Shown here in pieces: positions 37,792 to 48,587 of a stretch of DNA of 64,000 bases. Under the pieces are notes generated by a model. It searched no databases. It saw nothing but the letters and a program-made list of their open reading frames with translations, and was not told the origin of the DNA. Where the stretch lies: the NCBI GenBank assembly GCA_963827275.1, contig CAWHAA010000002.1, forward strand, positions 160,001 through 224,000. The letters are read 5' to 3'. Each line of letters starts with the position of its first letter. Position 1 is the stretch's first letter. The stretch is from an uncultured Spirochaetota bacterium. Lineage in GTDB: Bacteria > Spirochaetota > UBA4802 > UBA5550. The translations under genes and the position numbers were made by a program.

Positions 37792-39263
37792 TTAGAAGCT
37801 GAACATTAAGCCGGTGTGGTACTTGTAGTCCATGGAAGCGGTGGCGCCTTTCCACTTGGTCTGGTGCCTGCCGAACTCGAAACCGAGGGTCAGGTAGTCG
37901 TTCATGAACCACTGCGCGCTGGCAAGGATCGCCTCGTTCCAGAGAATGGTGTTTACAGGGATGAAGCTCTTGTTGCCCTTCTTGCCTCCACCGTAACCGG
38001 CGGCAAGCATGACGGGGATCGGGCCGATTTTTCTCAGGTCGAGCACTAACTGGCCATAGCCGCCCTGCATCGGGACGCCGAGCATTTTTGTGCCTGCATA
38101 ATTTTCATACACGCCGGTGCCAAGGCCCACGCCAAAGGTGTCCATGTTGTTCCCGCGCCAGTACGTGGCGATCAAAGATACGAGGGACACTGAAATCTTG
38201 GTGAAGGCCTGTGCCGAATACGATTTGGTAATTCTGCCAAATTTTTGCGGCAGAGTTTGACCGAGAATTGTTGCAGCAATGGGATGAATCCTGACCAAGA
38301 TACCTAAATTGGCAAAGGTAAAAGCGTGTTTTTCAAGCTGGTAGTGGCCGCTGCCGCCCAGGGTTATGTCAACCAGTGAGTGCGGCTTCATGACAAAAGT
38401 GAGCCGCGCCCGGCCGCCCGGGTACCTGCTCGCTTCGCCCGGTCCGCGGTCATCCATCACAACGCCGTTGACGCCGGGATAGAGGTTGAGGATATCGCTG
38501 TTGCACTGTTAGCAACACGTGTAGCGTCAGCCCCGCCCATTGCGCGGGCGGCGGAAACTTCAACCGTCAGGTTGTAGTTTTCATTACCGACCTTCTGGCC
38601 GAGGGTAATCTGCGTTTCACGCTGGAACAGGTTACCGTTCTGGCCGAACGGGATATAGGTCACCGAAACCGGCTGGGCCGGCATGGCCATGAGGACCGAC
38701 CAGGTCTGACCTATGAGGAGGAACGTGCCGGTTGACGCCCAGTCGAGCTTTGCATACGCGTGGCGCATGGTGGGCATGCCGGAGCGCTCTCCCGTGCCGG
38801 AAGTAGAAGCGTCGCCCCAGAAGTCCAGCTCAATATTGGCCATGGTGTCTGCCCCGAGCACCCTGGGACCGGTAATATTCAGGCCAAGGCGGGTTGAACG
38901 CATGTCCATCACAAAAGATCCGTTCCGCTGTGATTTGGTCTTTTTGAGGGTAAATTCTCTCTGATTTGCTGTTTTCGGAATTGCTAATGGATTCCAATAT
39001 ACATAGTCGTTTGCGGCCCAGAACGGACCGGATTCGTTTGTAACATCGTTCGTATTATAGACCATGTCGAATTTAACGAAACCGTAGAGCTGGGCTTTCA
39101 AATAATCGCCGCTGTAGATCATCAACTTTTCTTTGCCTTTCGGCTTTACCTGCTGAATGGGCTCTACCACTTCTGGTGCTTTCTTTGCCTGCGCGAAAAG
39201 GTCCGTGCCGGAAATAATGAATGCAGCCAGGAGGAAGAGCCCGAAAATGTGTTTACGTAACAT
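37792..39263 (-). CDS. Outer membrane porin, DcaP-like, frameshifted near 38480-38530
   Basis: Signal peptide; LYGFVKFD, STRLGL, IELDF, MRHAY, LIGQTWS; C-terminal GLMFSF; GGAGG RBS; ORFs 38457-39275 and 37792-38460 overlap. Confidence 0.78.
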
Positions 39264-39564
39264 AAAATCCTCCAAAACAAATTTTTTAGCGAATTTTGCA
39301 TATGCTTAAAATAAATCAAACATTTTTTGTAACAAATGGTAAATTATTCAGGGAGATACCATTACCCTGAAACGTGGAGGTACAGGCCATTACGAGCGTA
39401 ACAAAGAGATTTGTGCCGGGTTTTTTGAGCAAATTATTGGATAAAAAAATCCCTTGAAATCAATACTATTAATACGGCATGGCGGCAGATTGTTTAATGG
39501 TCACGACGTATCGGGAGTATCCGGAATGATCCGCTTTGACCAATGACACTATGTGAAATACCCT

Positions 39565-40206
39565 CTAATTGCTTTTTTCAAGGGTTTCAACTGCTTTATC
39601 GACTACCGGTATCCATTCGGAATCCTTGAAATAGGTTTTTGTCTTCTTTAAAAATTCCAGCTCGTCCTCCCTGGTCTTGCCGCTTTTCGTCAATATGCCG
39701 CAATAGGTGGTGCCGTACATGAACGACTTCAATAAGTTATAATAATGGAGCTGCGCCTTGTCGCCGTTCTGCTCGATGTTCTGGTACAGGTTTTTCATCT
39801 GGTTCTCGATTACCAGGGCGCCAATGTACAGCACCTGGTTGGGCGCGAGTTCGACTACCGTGCTCTGGATCGCGGCCGCGTCATAAAATGTGTTGTAGCT
39901 GTTTTCTGTCTGGGTGAAAAAGGAGGCAACGGCCGCGTATTTCCCCGGCTTTGCGTTGATGAGATAGGCGTAATCCCCCCTTGTGTAATTGCTGGGAATG
40001 ATCTTGTTCCCCAGATTGTCCCCGTCTTTTTCATCGAGCTTCACAAAGTAGATGGTTTCGGGCTTGTTGCGGAAGATGCTCAGGGTGATGGTTTTCACCG
40101 ATATCCCGATGACCGAGCTATCCTTGTCATCGACGACCCGGAGGTTTTTCGGAAGGCCGCATCCGAGCGCAAACATGACGATCAGGCACAACGCTGTTTT
40201 TTTCAT
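39565..40206 (-). CDS. Putative lipoprotein of unknown function
   Basis: MKKTALCLIVMFALGC lipobox; AGGAGA RBS. Confidence 0.75.
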   Translation of the reverse strand: MKKTALCLIVMFALGCGLPKNLRVVDDKDSSVIGISVKTITLSIFRNKPETIYFVKLDEKDGDNLGNKIIPSNYTRGDYAYLINAKPGKYAAVASFFTQTENSYNTFYDAAAIQSTVVELAPNQVLYIGALVIENQMKNLYQNIEQNGDKAQLHYYNLLKSFMYGTTYCGILTKSGKTREDELEFLKKTKTYFKDSEWIPVVDKAVETLEKSN

Positions 40207-40227
40207 AACGAGTCTCCTGGGATTATA

Positions 40228-41262
40228 TCATACAATGACAACGGGTGCGTCCGCGCGCTCGACGACCGCGCCGATGACGCGGGGGGATTCGCCCGATTTT
40301 TTCAGCTCTTCCACGGCCCGGTCCGCCGTGTCCGTTCCGACAAAGAGCATCATGCCGATGCCCATGTTGAAGGTGGTGAACATCTCCGCGTCCGCGACAG
40401 AGCCTTCCTTCTGGATGATCCTGAAAATGGCCGGCGGTTCAAAGGACGCCCGTTCGATGCGGACGCCCGCGCCGTCGGGGAGGATGCGGGGTATGTTTTC
40501 ATAGAAGCCGCCGCCGGTGATGTGGACGATCCCCTTGACGGCGACGCCGGCGGCGAGGCAGTTCATGACGCTCCGCGTGTAGATCCGGGTCGGCTCGAGC
40601 AGCGCCTCGCCCAGGGTCGCGCCGAGGTCGGCAAGCTTCGTTGCGGCAGTGTATTTTTTTATGTCGAAAAAGAGCTTCCGGACCATGGAATATCCGTTGG
40701 AGTGGATCCCCGAGGAGGGGAGGCCGATGACCGCGTCGCCGGGCCGGATGCCTTTCCCGTTTATGATCGCCGGACGGTCAACCACGCCCACCGCGAACCC
40801 CGCGATATCGTAATCGTCGGCCGGCATGACGCCGGGGTGCTCCGCCGTCTCGCCGCCCACCAGGCTGCAGTCGGAGAGGCGGCAGCCTTCCGCGAGGCCC
40901 CTGACGATGTCCACGAGGACGTCCTCCATGAGGCTCCCGCAGGCGATGTAATCAAGGAAAAAGAGGGGCCGGGCGCCCGATACGACGATGTCGTTGACGC
41001 ACATGGCCACCGCGTCGATGCCGATCGTGTCGTGCTTGCCCATCATCTGGGCGATTTTCAGCTTCGTGCCGACCCCGTCGGTGCCGGACACGAGCACCGG
41101 GTCCCTGTACCCGGGGAAGGCGCCCGAATAGAGCGCGCCGAACCCGCCGATGTCAGTGATCACCCTGTCGGAAAAGGTGGAGCGGACGATGGGCGCGATC
41201 CGTTTGACGAAACTGTTCCCGCCTTCGACATCGACGCCTGAATCCTTGTATGTTAGGCCCAT
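40228..41262 (-). CDS. purM: Phosphoribosylformylglycinamidine cyclo-ligase
   Basis: YKDSGVD, GTDGVGTK, AMCVND, GGETAEHPG, SSGIHSNGYS, HITGGG, TFNMGIG. Confidence 0.98.
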   Translation of the reverse strand: MGLTYKDSGVDVEGGNSFVKRIAPIVRSTFSDRVITDIGGFGALYSGAFPGYRDPVLVSGTDGVGTKLKIAQMMGKHDTIGIDAVAMCVNDIVVSGARPLFFLDYIACGSLMEDVLVDIVRGLAEGCRLSDCSLVGGETAEHPGVMPADDYDIAGFAVGVVDRPAIINGKGIRPGDAVIGLPSSGIHSNGYSMVRKLFFDIKKYTAATKLADLGATLGEALLEPTRIYTRSVMNCLAAGVAVKGIVHITGGGFYENIPRILPDGAGVRIERASFEPPAIFRIIQKEGSVADAEMFTTFNMGIGMMLFVGTDTADRAVEELKKSGESPRVIGAVVERADAPVVIV

Positions 41263-41364
41263 GCAAACCTCGCGATTGTATGGATTACATACGTACGATG
41301 TGAAATTAAGGCAAGAAGAATTTTTTTATTATGAGCGACCGCTCCGTCCGTGCAGAGCGGGGTG

Positions 41365-42111
41365 CTATTTAAGGGTTTTTTTCAGCGTCTTCTCGAGCCA
41401 GTCGATATGCTCGATCATGGCGGATTTTGCCGCTTCAGCATCGCCTTTTTCAATGGCGGCGATGATCTTCATGTGCTGGGTGAAAAAGATGTCGGACACT
41501 CCCTGCACCGGCGCCAGCTTCTGCCTGCTGTAGGGAAGGGCGCCCTTCAGGAGGGAGGATATTGATTTCATCACCTGCGCGAAGATGGTGTTGTTTGTCG
41601 CGTCGGCAAGATCGTTATACATCTTCGCGTAGAGCTTCCCCCCGTCCGGGGAGGCGAGGAGGTTCTGTATCCCGATTTTTTCAGCCTCGGCCCTGAATTT
41701 TTTCAGGCCCGCGACCTGTGACCGGGTGGCGCGCCGCGCCGCCATGCCCGCCGCCTCGGAATCGATGATACGCCTGACCGCGAGGAGCTCCCATATCTTC
41801 TCATGGTCAACCGAGAGGAGCTCCTCGATGCGGGACTCGAGGGCGGGGCCGCCCGACAGTCTCACGAATTTGCCCCGGCGGCCGTGGGACTCGATGAACC
41901 CCTTCGCCTCCAGGAGCTTCATCGCCTCGCGGAGCGAAATCCGGCTGATGCCGAAGGTCTTTGTCATGTCGTGCTCCGAGGGGAGCTTGTCGCCCGCTTT
42001 GAGCTTCCCCGATGAAATCAGCTCTATGACCTGTTTTGCGACCAGGCTCGGGATGCCGGGGGATTTCTGTATCCGGTTGAGGGGCGTGTTTTTCTGCTTG
42101 TCGACGGGCAT
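41365..42111 (-). CDS. GntR family (FadR/FCD subfamily) regulator
   Basis: LKAGDKLPSE....FGISRISLREA..LE; FCD domain (ATNN, H..I..AI..GD...A...M..H). Confidence 0.92.
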   Translation of the reverse strand: MPVDKQKNTPLNRIQKSPGIPSLVAKQVIELISSGKLKAGDKLPSEHDMTKTFGISRISLREAMKLLEAKGFIESHGRRGKFVRLSGGPALESRIEELLSVDHEKIWELLAVRRIIDSEAAGMAARRATRSQVAGLKKFRAEAEKIGIQNLLASPDGGKLYAKMYNDLADATNNTIFAQVMKSISSLLKGALPYSRQKLAPVQGVSDIFFTQHMKIIAAIEKGDAEAAKSAMIEHIDWLEKTLKKTLK

Positions 42112-42254
42112 TGTCTGACTCCGCTCGCTGGGTCTCTCTCCGCGCGCCCGCTCATAGCAACGACGGGCGGCGCGGCAACCTCCATACCTTAGGCCACCGG
42201 GCGCCGGCATCAACGATAAAATTGGCCGTTACGGAAAATCGCGTCAATTTTACA

Positions 42255-42303
42255 TTGACATATTGTAAGTCAAAATGGTATATTTTGTATGACAGTATGT
42301 CAA
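42255..42303. promoter_or_regulatory. Overlapping divergent promoters with two inverted repeats
   Basis: Plus strand TTGACA-18-TATATT; minus strand TTGACA(42303)-17-TACCAT; inverted repeats TTGAC-N9-GTCAA (42255-42273) and TGACA-GTA-TGTCA (42290-42302). Confidence 0.6.
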
Positions 42304-42367
42304 TAAAAATAATCGCCCGCAGCGCCTGTTTCAACCGGGGATGCCCGGCAGGAAGGGGAAAGAAACG

Positions 42368-43676
42368 ATGAAAAAGAAGGGTTCTCGCGTTGCAATCATA
42401 GACGGATGCCGGACGCCGTTCCAGCGCTCCGGGACCGGGTACTATGATACCATGGGATGGGAGATAGGACGGTACGCCGTGAAGGGCCTTGTCTCACGGA
42501 TCCCGGTGCCGGCCGAAGAGATCGGGCATGTCATCTTCGGCACGGTGGCCCCTGACATCACCACGACCAATGTCGCCCGCGAGATCATGCTCGGCGCCGG
42601 GCTCCCGTACACCATACCGGCGCATACCAACACGGTCGCCTGCATCTCCGCCGGCGCGGCCATGGGAAACGGGGCGAACATGATCCTCTGCGGGGACGCG
42701 GGCGCGGTCATCGCCGGCGGCGTGGAGACCTTTTCCGATCCCGCGATCAAGGTGTCACAGGCCTACCGGCGGTTCATCCTCGACATGACCATGTACCGGC
42801 GGCCGAAAACGATCGGCGGAAAGTTGAAGCTGCTCAGGAAGATGAGGCTCCGTGATTTCGTCATGCCGGAACGTCCCGCCCTCGGGGAATACTCGACCGG
42901 CCTGATCATGGGGCAGAACGCCGACCGGCTGGCGATGCGGCTCGGGATATCACGGGAGGACCAGGACCAATACGCGGCCCTCTCGCACGAGCGCGCCTGC
43001 AGGGCGCAGCGGGAAGGGAGGCTCAGGGACGAGATCGTGCCGGTGGTCCTCCCGGGGAAAACAGTTGCGATCGCCGAAGACAACGGGCCGCGGGAGGACG
43101 CGACGGCGGAGCGGCTTTCGAAGCTGCGCGGCGCCTTCGACCGGAGATACGGCACGGTGACCGCGGCGAATTCCTCGTTTCTCACCGACGGCGCCGCGGC
43201 GGTGCTCCTCATGGGAGAAAAAAAAGCGAAAGAGCTCGGCCTGAAACCGAAGGGCTATATCCGGTCCCACGCCTTTACCGGGCAGGACCTCTGGGAGGAG
43301 CTGCTGCTCGGGCCCGCCTTCGCCATCCCGGCCGCCCTGAAGAAGGCGGGGCTGAAATTCTCCGACCTGGGCGTGATCGAGATACACGAGGCGTTCGCGG
43401 CGCAGATGCTGGGCGTGATCCAGTGCCTCGAATCTGACCGGTTCGGGCGCGAGAAGCTGGGCCTGCCCGGCAGGGTGGGGAAGGTGCGACATGGAGAAGG
43501 TCAACATATACGGGGGGTCGCTCTCCCTGGGCCATCCCTTCGGCGCGACCGGTGCGCGGCTCATGACCACCTGCTGCAACCGACTCATCGAATCGGGCGA
43601 GAAGTACGGCGTCATCGCCGGGTGCGCGGCGGGCGCGATCGGCGGCGCGATGATCATAGAAAACGCGCGGGCATAA
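42368..43676 (+). CDS. fadI: Acetyl-CoA C-acyltransferase (FadI/TFE-beta-type thiolase), +1 frameshift near 43487
   Basis: [29 protein letters not shown]; then [14 protein letters not shown] and CAAG in the shifted frame (43491-43676). Confidence 0.9.
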
Positions 43677-43692
43677 TGGAAGGAGCGGGGAG

Positions 43693-45818
43693 ATGAAACA
43701 CATACAGGTTGCGGTCACGAAAGACAAGGTGGCGGTGATCACCATTGACTACCGGGGCTCGAGCGTGAACAAGGTGTCCGGCGCGCTCCTTGAAGAGATC
43801 GAAGGCATGCTCGCGAAGCTTGATCTCGGAGCCATCATCGGGCTGGTCATCGTGAGCGGCAAGGAGGACAATTTTATCGTCGGCGCCGACGTGGACGAAG
43901 TGGCCGCGATGAAAAGCGAGCGTGAGATCAGGGACTATATTTCGACGGCGCACCGGATCATCAACCGGATCGACGAGATGCCGGTGCCCGTGGTCTGCTG
44001 CGTCCACGGGAACTGCCTGGGCGGCGGCCTCGAGGTCGCGCTCGCGGCCGATTACCGGATCGCGGCTGACTCGACCGGCACGGTGCTGGGGCTGCCCGAG
44101 GTGATGCTGGGCCTTCTCCCCGCCGGGGGCGGCACACAGCGGCTCCCGCGCCTCATCGGCCTGCGGCAGGCCCTGCCGATGATGCTGGCGGGCAAAAACG
44201 TGCGCGTCCGCAGGGCGAAAAAGCTCGGGCCTGATCGACGAGATCGTGACGCCGTACGGGCTCAGGGAGATCGGCGTCATGAAGGCGCGCGAGCTGGCGA
44301 AAAAGGGCTTCAAAAGAAAGAGGAAGCGGTCGTTCGTGGATGCGTTTCTGGAATCGTTCCTCGGACGGGGGATCGTGTTCAAACAGGCCCGCGCAGATGG
44401 TGATGCGGCAGACGCGGGGCCTTTATCCCGGCGCCGCTTGAGATCATCGATTCGGTGGAGTACGGCTACAGGAAAGGGATAAAGGAAGGACTGTGAGAAG
44501 GACATCGACCGGTTCGTCAAGCTGGTCATGACGCCGGAAGCGAAATCGCTCATGACGATCTTCTTCGGCATCACCGATTTGAAGAAAAATCCCTACAAGA
44601 AAAAGGCGCGAAGAGCGTGAAAAAGCTCGCCGTTATCGGCACCGGGCTCATGGGCAGCGGCATCGCGTCCGTGTCCGCGTCGGTGTGCGATACCATATTG
44701 ATGAAGGACATGAGCCTTGACGCGGCGGCCCGCGGGATGAGCGAGGTATGGAAGGGGATCGCGAAACAGGTGAAGTCCGGGGCGGTGCGGAGGTTCGACG
44801 GCGACATCCTGTACGGGAAGCTCGTTCCCTGCGACGATTACACGCGCTTTAAGGGCACTGACATCGTGATCGAGGCGGTGTTCGAGGATATCGACCTCAA
44901 GCGGAAGATACTGAAAGACGTCGAGGAAGCGGCGGACGGGGCAACCATCTTCGCGTCCAACACCTCGGCGCTGCCGATCACGTCGATCGCAAGGGGATGC
45001 AAGACGGCCGGAGAACGTGATCGGCATGCATTATTTTTCGCCGGTGCCGCGGATGCCGCTCCTGGAGATCATCAGGACGAAGACAACGGCGCCGCGGGTG
45101 ATTGCGACCGCGCTCGAGCTCGGGATCAGGCAGGGCAAGACCTGCATCATCGTGAAGGACGGGCCCGGGTTCTACACCACGCGGATCCTCGCGCCGCTTC
45201 CTCCTCGAGAGCAGCCGCGTGGTCGCCGAGGGGGGCGAGATCCGCGACGTGGACCGGGCGATGCAGGCCTTCGGCTACCCGGTGGGCCCCATGACCCTGC
45301 TGGACGAAGTGGGCATCGACGTGGGCATCCACGTGATCAGGGAGGTGCTGCCGCTTTTCGAGCCGCGGGGCATCACCGCGCCCGTGGATTTCTCTGTCAT
45401 GAGGGAGAAGGGATTCCTGGGCCGCAAGAGCGGGAAGGGCCTGTACCGGTACGATCTTCCGAAGAAGAAGGGCGGGAAGCCGGTAAACGAAGAGGTATAC
45501 GGACTGTTCGGAAACGCGCCGCGCAGAAAAATCGATGCTGAAGAGACGTGGCACCGCGTCAGCCTGATGATGGTGAACGAGGCGGTCACCTGCCTTGAAG
45601 AGGGCGTTATCTCCACGCCGCGCGACGGCGACATGGGCGCGGTGCTCGGCCTGGGGTTCCCGCCGTTTCGGGGCGGGCCGTTCCGCTATGTCGACGCGGC
45701 GGGCGCCGGGGTCATCGTCCGGATGATGGAGCGCCTGGCGGAACAGCATGGGAAGCGTTTTACCCCTGCGCGGCTGCTCAGGGAGATGGCGTTGAAGGGG
45801 AAGAGGTTTTATACATAA
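43693..45818 (+). CDS. fadJ: Fatty acid oxidation complex alpha subunit (enoyl-CoA hydratase/3-hydroxyacyl-CoA dehydrogenase), about 7 +1 frameshifts
   Basis: [85 protein letters not shown] spread over successive frames. Confidence 0.88.
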
Positions 45819-45856
45819 CGCCGCTGTTAAACTTCTGTATAATACCATGTTCACAC

Positions 45857-45890
45857 GGCCGCATCACTGACCCTGGTGCGGCCTTTGTAT
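45857..45890 (+). terminator. Possible terminator after fadJ
   Basis: GGCCGCATCA-CTGACCC-TGGTGCGGCC then TTTGTAT (weak U tract). Confidence 0.5.
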
Positions 45891-45978
45891 TGAATTTGAT
45901 ATTGCATTATTTATCCGCGTATGATTGCATGAGCCATGCGCGGCAGCGCCTGATACTTACATGGACAAGGAGCGTAGT

Positions 45979-47145
45979 ATGAACGGCCCCCTCGACGGCA
46001 TGAAGGTCCTTGATTTCACCTATCTGCTCCCCGGCCCGTACGGCACCATGCTTCTTGCCGATATGGGCGCGGACATTATAAAAGTGGAAAACAGCGAGAG
46101 CCCGGACATATTGCGGCTCCTGCCGCCCTACGTCGGCGGGGTCGGGGCGGCGTACGCGCACGTGAACCGCGGGAAAAAATCGTTGTCCATTAATCTGAAA
46201 AAGCCGGAAGCGCTGGATGTCATCTATGCGCTGGTGCGGGAATATGACATCGTGATCGAGCAGTTCCGTCCCGGCGTGATGGCGCGCCTGGGCCTGGGGT
46301 ACGAGAGGATCAGGGAAGAAAACCCGGCGGTCATCTACTGCTCCCTCACCGGGTACGGACAGACCGGCACGTACGCGCAGCGCGCCGGGCACGATATCAA
46401 CTACATGGCCCTGTCCGGCGTGGAGTCGTTTTCAGGGAGAAAGGAGACCGGCCCCGTGCTTACCGGGATCCCTGTCGCGGACATCGCGGGCGGATCGAAG
46501 AACCTCGCCCTCGGGGTGCTTGCGGCCTACATCGGCCGGGCGCGCACCGGAAAAGGAGAACGCCTGGACATCGCCATGACCGACGGCGTGTTCGCCATGT
46601 CGTTCTTCGCGGCCGCCGGGTACCTTGCCGGCGGAAGCGAGCCCGCGCGGGGGGAGATGCTTTCCGGCGGCGGGCTGTACGATTTCTACGCCACGTCCGA
46701 CGGCGGGTACCTGTCCGTGGGCCCGGTGGAGCAGAAATTCTTCGCCGCCTTCTGCGACTGCATCGGGTGCCCTGACATGGCGCCGACCGGGATACTCAAC
46801 TGGAACAACAAGGAGCGCGCGGCGAAGGTGATCGCGGAAAAGCCGCTCTCATACTGGCGCGAGGTTTTCAAGAAGTGCGATGCCTGCGTGGAGCCGGTGT
46901 ATACCCTCGGCGAGGCGGTCGCGAACCCGCCGCTTTCGGAGCGGGACATGGTGGTAGAGGTGAGAACCGCGGACGGGACCGCCGTGCGCCAGATCGGCAA
47001 CCCGATCAAGTTCGCATCCGGCCACTATTACTCGTCCACGGCAGGCGCGGCGCTCGGGTTCCATAACGACGTAATCCTTTCCGCTATGGGATATTCAATC
47101 GACGAGGTGCGCCGGTTACGGGAGGGCGGCGTCATAGGGAACTGA
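45979..47145 (+). CDS. CaiB/BaiF family CoA-transferase (alpha-methylacyl-CoA racemase-like)
   Basis: LPGPYGTMLLADMGADIIKVE, NRGKKS, FRPGV..RLG, GYGQTG, AGHDINY. Confidence 0.93.
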   Translation: MNGPLDGMKVLDFTYLLPGPYGTMLLADMGADIIKVENSESPDILRLLPPYVGGVGAAYAHVNRGKKSLSINLKKPEALDVIYALVREYDIVIEQFRPGVMARLGLGYERIREENPAVIYCSLTGYGQTGTYAQRAGHDINYMALSGVESFSGRKETGPVLTGIPVADIAGGSKNLALGVLAAYIGRARTGKGERLDIAMTDGVFAMSFFAAAGYLAGGSEPARGEMLSGGGLYDFYATSDGGYLSVGPVEQKFFAAFCDCIGCPDMAPTGILNWNNKERAAKVIAEKPLSYWREVFKKCDACVEPVYTLGEAVANPPLSERDMVVEVRTADGTAVRQIGNPIKFASGHYYSSTAGAALGFHNDVILSAMGYSIDEVRRLREGGVIGN

Positions 47146-47214
47146 TCGCCGCTGCCCGCATACTGCTCCCCATCTATTGATTTGCTGCCGTATATTATTT
47201 TCTTCAAAAAAAAT

Positions 47215-47241
47215 TAAAACTTTTTTTCATGCTGATACGTA
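47215..47241 (+). promoter_or_regulatory. Putative autoregulatory ECF sigma promoter
   Basis: TAAAAC-17 bp-CGTA (SigW-like AAAC/CGT), immediately upstream of the ECF gene. Confidence 0.5.
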
Positions 47242-47255
47242 GTACTATACGAACA

Positions 47256-47804
47256 ATGAAATCGCTCGAATCGACCACCATAACGCTGAACGCGATGCTG
47301 TCGGGGGACAGGGAAGGCCTGTTCCGTTTCGTGTGGCAAACGTACCGGACGAGACTCTACTATTATTTAACCGAGGTCATGCGGTGTCCGCGGGAGGAGG
47401 GCGAGGACCTTCTCCAGGAGGTCATGATGAAGGTGCATGATAACCTGGACCGGTACCGGGCGGGACTTTCGTTCAACGCGTGGATCTATGCCATCGCGCG
47501 CAACCATTGCATTGATTATAAAAGGAAGATGAACGCAAGGCCCTGCGGCGAGGAGATGGGGGAAATGGCGGGAACGACACCGGATCCGTTCGAGGAGGTA
47601 TGCAGCGGTGAAGTGAGCCGGGCGGTACGAGCGAGCCTGGACGCGCTGGATGATGATGACCGCGAGATGGCCTACCTCCGGTATTTCGAGGGGCTCAGGT
47701 ACAGGAGTATCGGCGCGGTGACGGGGATGAACGTGAACAGCGTTAAAACAAGGATGCGGGCGGTCGAAGCGCGCCTGCGCCGGGAGCTGAAAGGATGGCT
47801 CTGA
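47256..47804 (+). CDS. ECF RNA polymerase sigma factor
   Basis: EDLLQEV, FNAWIYAIARN.CID, LRYFEGLRY..IG....N.NSVKTR. Confidence 0.92.
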   Translation: MKSLESTTITLNAMLSGDREGLFRFVWQTYRTRLYYYLTEVMRCPREEGEDLLQEVMMKVHDNLDRYRAGLSFNAWIYAIARNHCIDYKRKMNARPCGEEMGEMAGTTPDPFEEVCSGEVSRAVRASLDALDDDDREMAYLRYFEGLRYRSIGAVTGMNVNSVKTRMRAVEARLRRELKGWL

Positions 47805-47805
47805 T

Positions 47806-48117
47806 ATGAAATTGAAAAAGGCCCTGAGGGGGTATTACCGGGAACAGGTTGAGGCGGTGAAGCTCTCCGGCGGGTATGCGATGCCTGTCTCCGGCGGCAC
47901 AAGGACCGGGTCGCTGGCGTTTAACGTCGCGTTTCATGCGGTCCTGATGGCGCTGATCGCTGGGGCGATGATATCAGGACGCTTCCAGCCTTCTTTACTG
48001 GAACGGCGGGTGCTGGTGATCAGCGAACAGTATAATATTCATGAGCGTGTGACAAATTTTCTCGACGATCTTGTCAGTGAGATAAAAATCAACAGAAGCG
48101 AGAGAGGAAAATTATGA
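47806..48117 (+). CDS. Small single-TM protein, candidate anti-sigma factor
   Basis: Starts 1 nt after the sigma stop; one TM helix (AFHAVLMALIAGAMI). Confidence 0.6.
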   Translation: MKLKKALRGYYREQVEAVKLSGGYAMPVSGGTRTGSLAFNVAFHAVLMALIAGAMISGRFQPSLLERRVLVISEQYNIHERVTNFLDDLVSEIKINRSERGKL

Positions 48118-48585
48118 AAAGAATGTTCGTCGTGTATGCCGGTGTAACGATTGGTCTGTTTATGCTGGGGATTGTGTTTGCGAAGAGCAATATCATGATA
48201 ATGATCGATATGCCCTCGCTCATGCTGGTGCTCGGCCCGGCGGTCCTGATGCTGCTGAGTCATTTCGGCCCGAAAGAGTTCATCGGTGCCTTCAGGGCGG
48301 CCATGGAAAAAAACAGAGCGAGCGGACTTGAATTGAAAAATGCGCTCCTGTTCTTTTCAACCGCGCAGACGTTGATAATCGCGTCAACCGTCGCTACCGT
48401 TTTTCTCGGGCATCATCATGATACTGGACAACATCGGCAGGGGATTGACGGAGAGCGGCACAACGGTCGCCTGGTGGATGGCCGTTGACGTTATTGCGAT
48501 TCTCTACGCCGGCGTATTGACGATGCTCATCACCGTTCCCTTTAAAAGCGCCCTGCAAAAAAAATTGAATGAGTTGAACGACTGA
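48114..48585 (+). CDS. Small MotA/TolQ/ExbB-like four-TM membrane protein, +1 frameshift near 48409
   Basis: IDMPSLMLVLG (MotA-like TM2); corrected frame gives LGIIMILDN...AWWMAVDVIAILYA...VPFK, stop at 48585. Confidence 0.6.
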
Positions 48586-48587
48586 CC

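Noticed and set aside
39745..41241. 498-aa plus-strand ORF
   Set aside because: Antisense shadow of purM and the lipoprotein gene, expected with high GC3; no motifs
43693..45818. Programmed frameshifting or phase variation in fadJ
   Set aside because: Too many sites, no slippery heptamers or long repeat tracts; assembly error is more parsimonious
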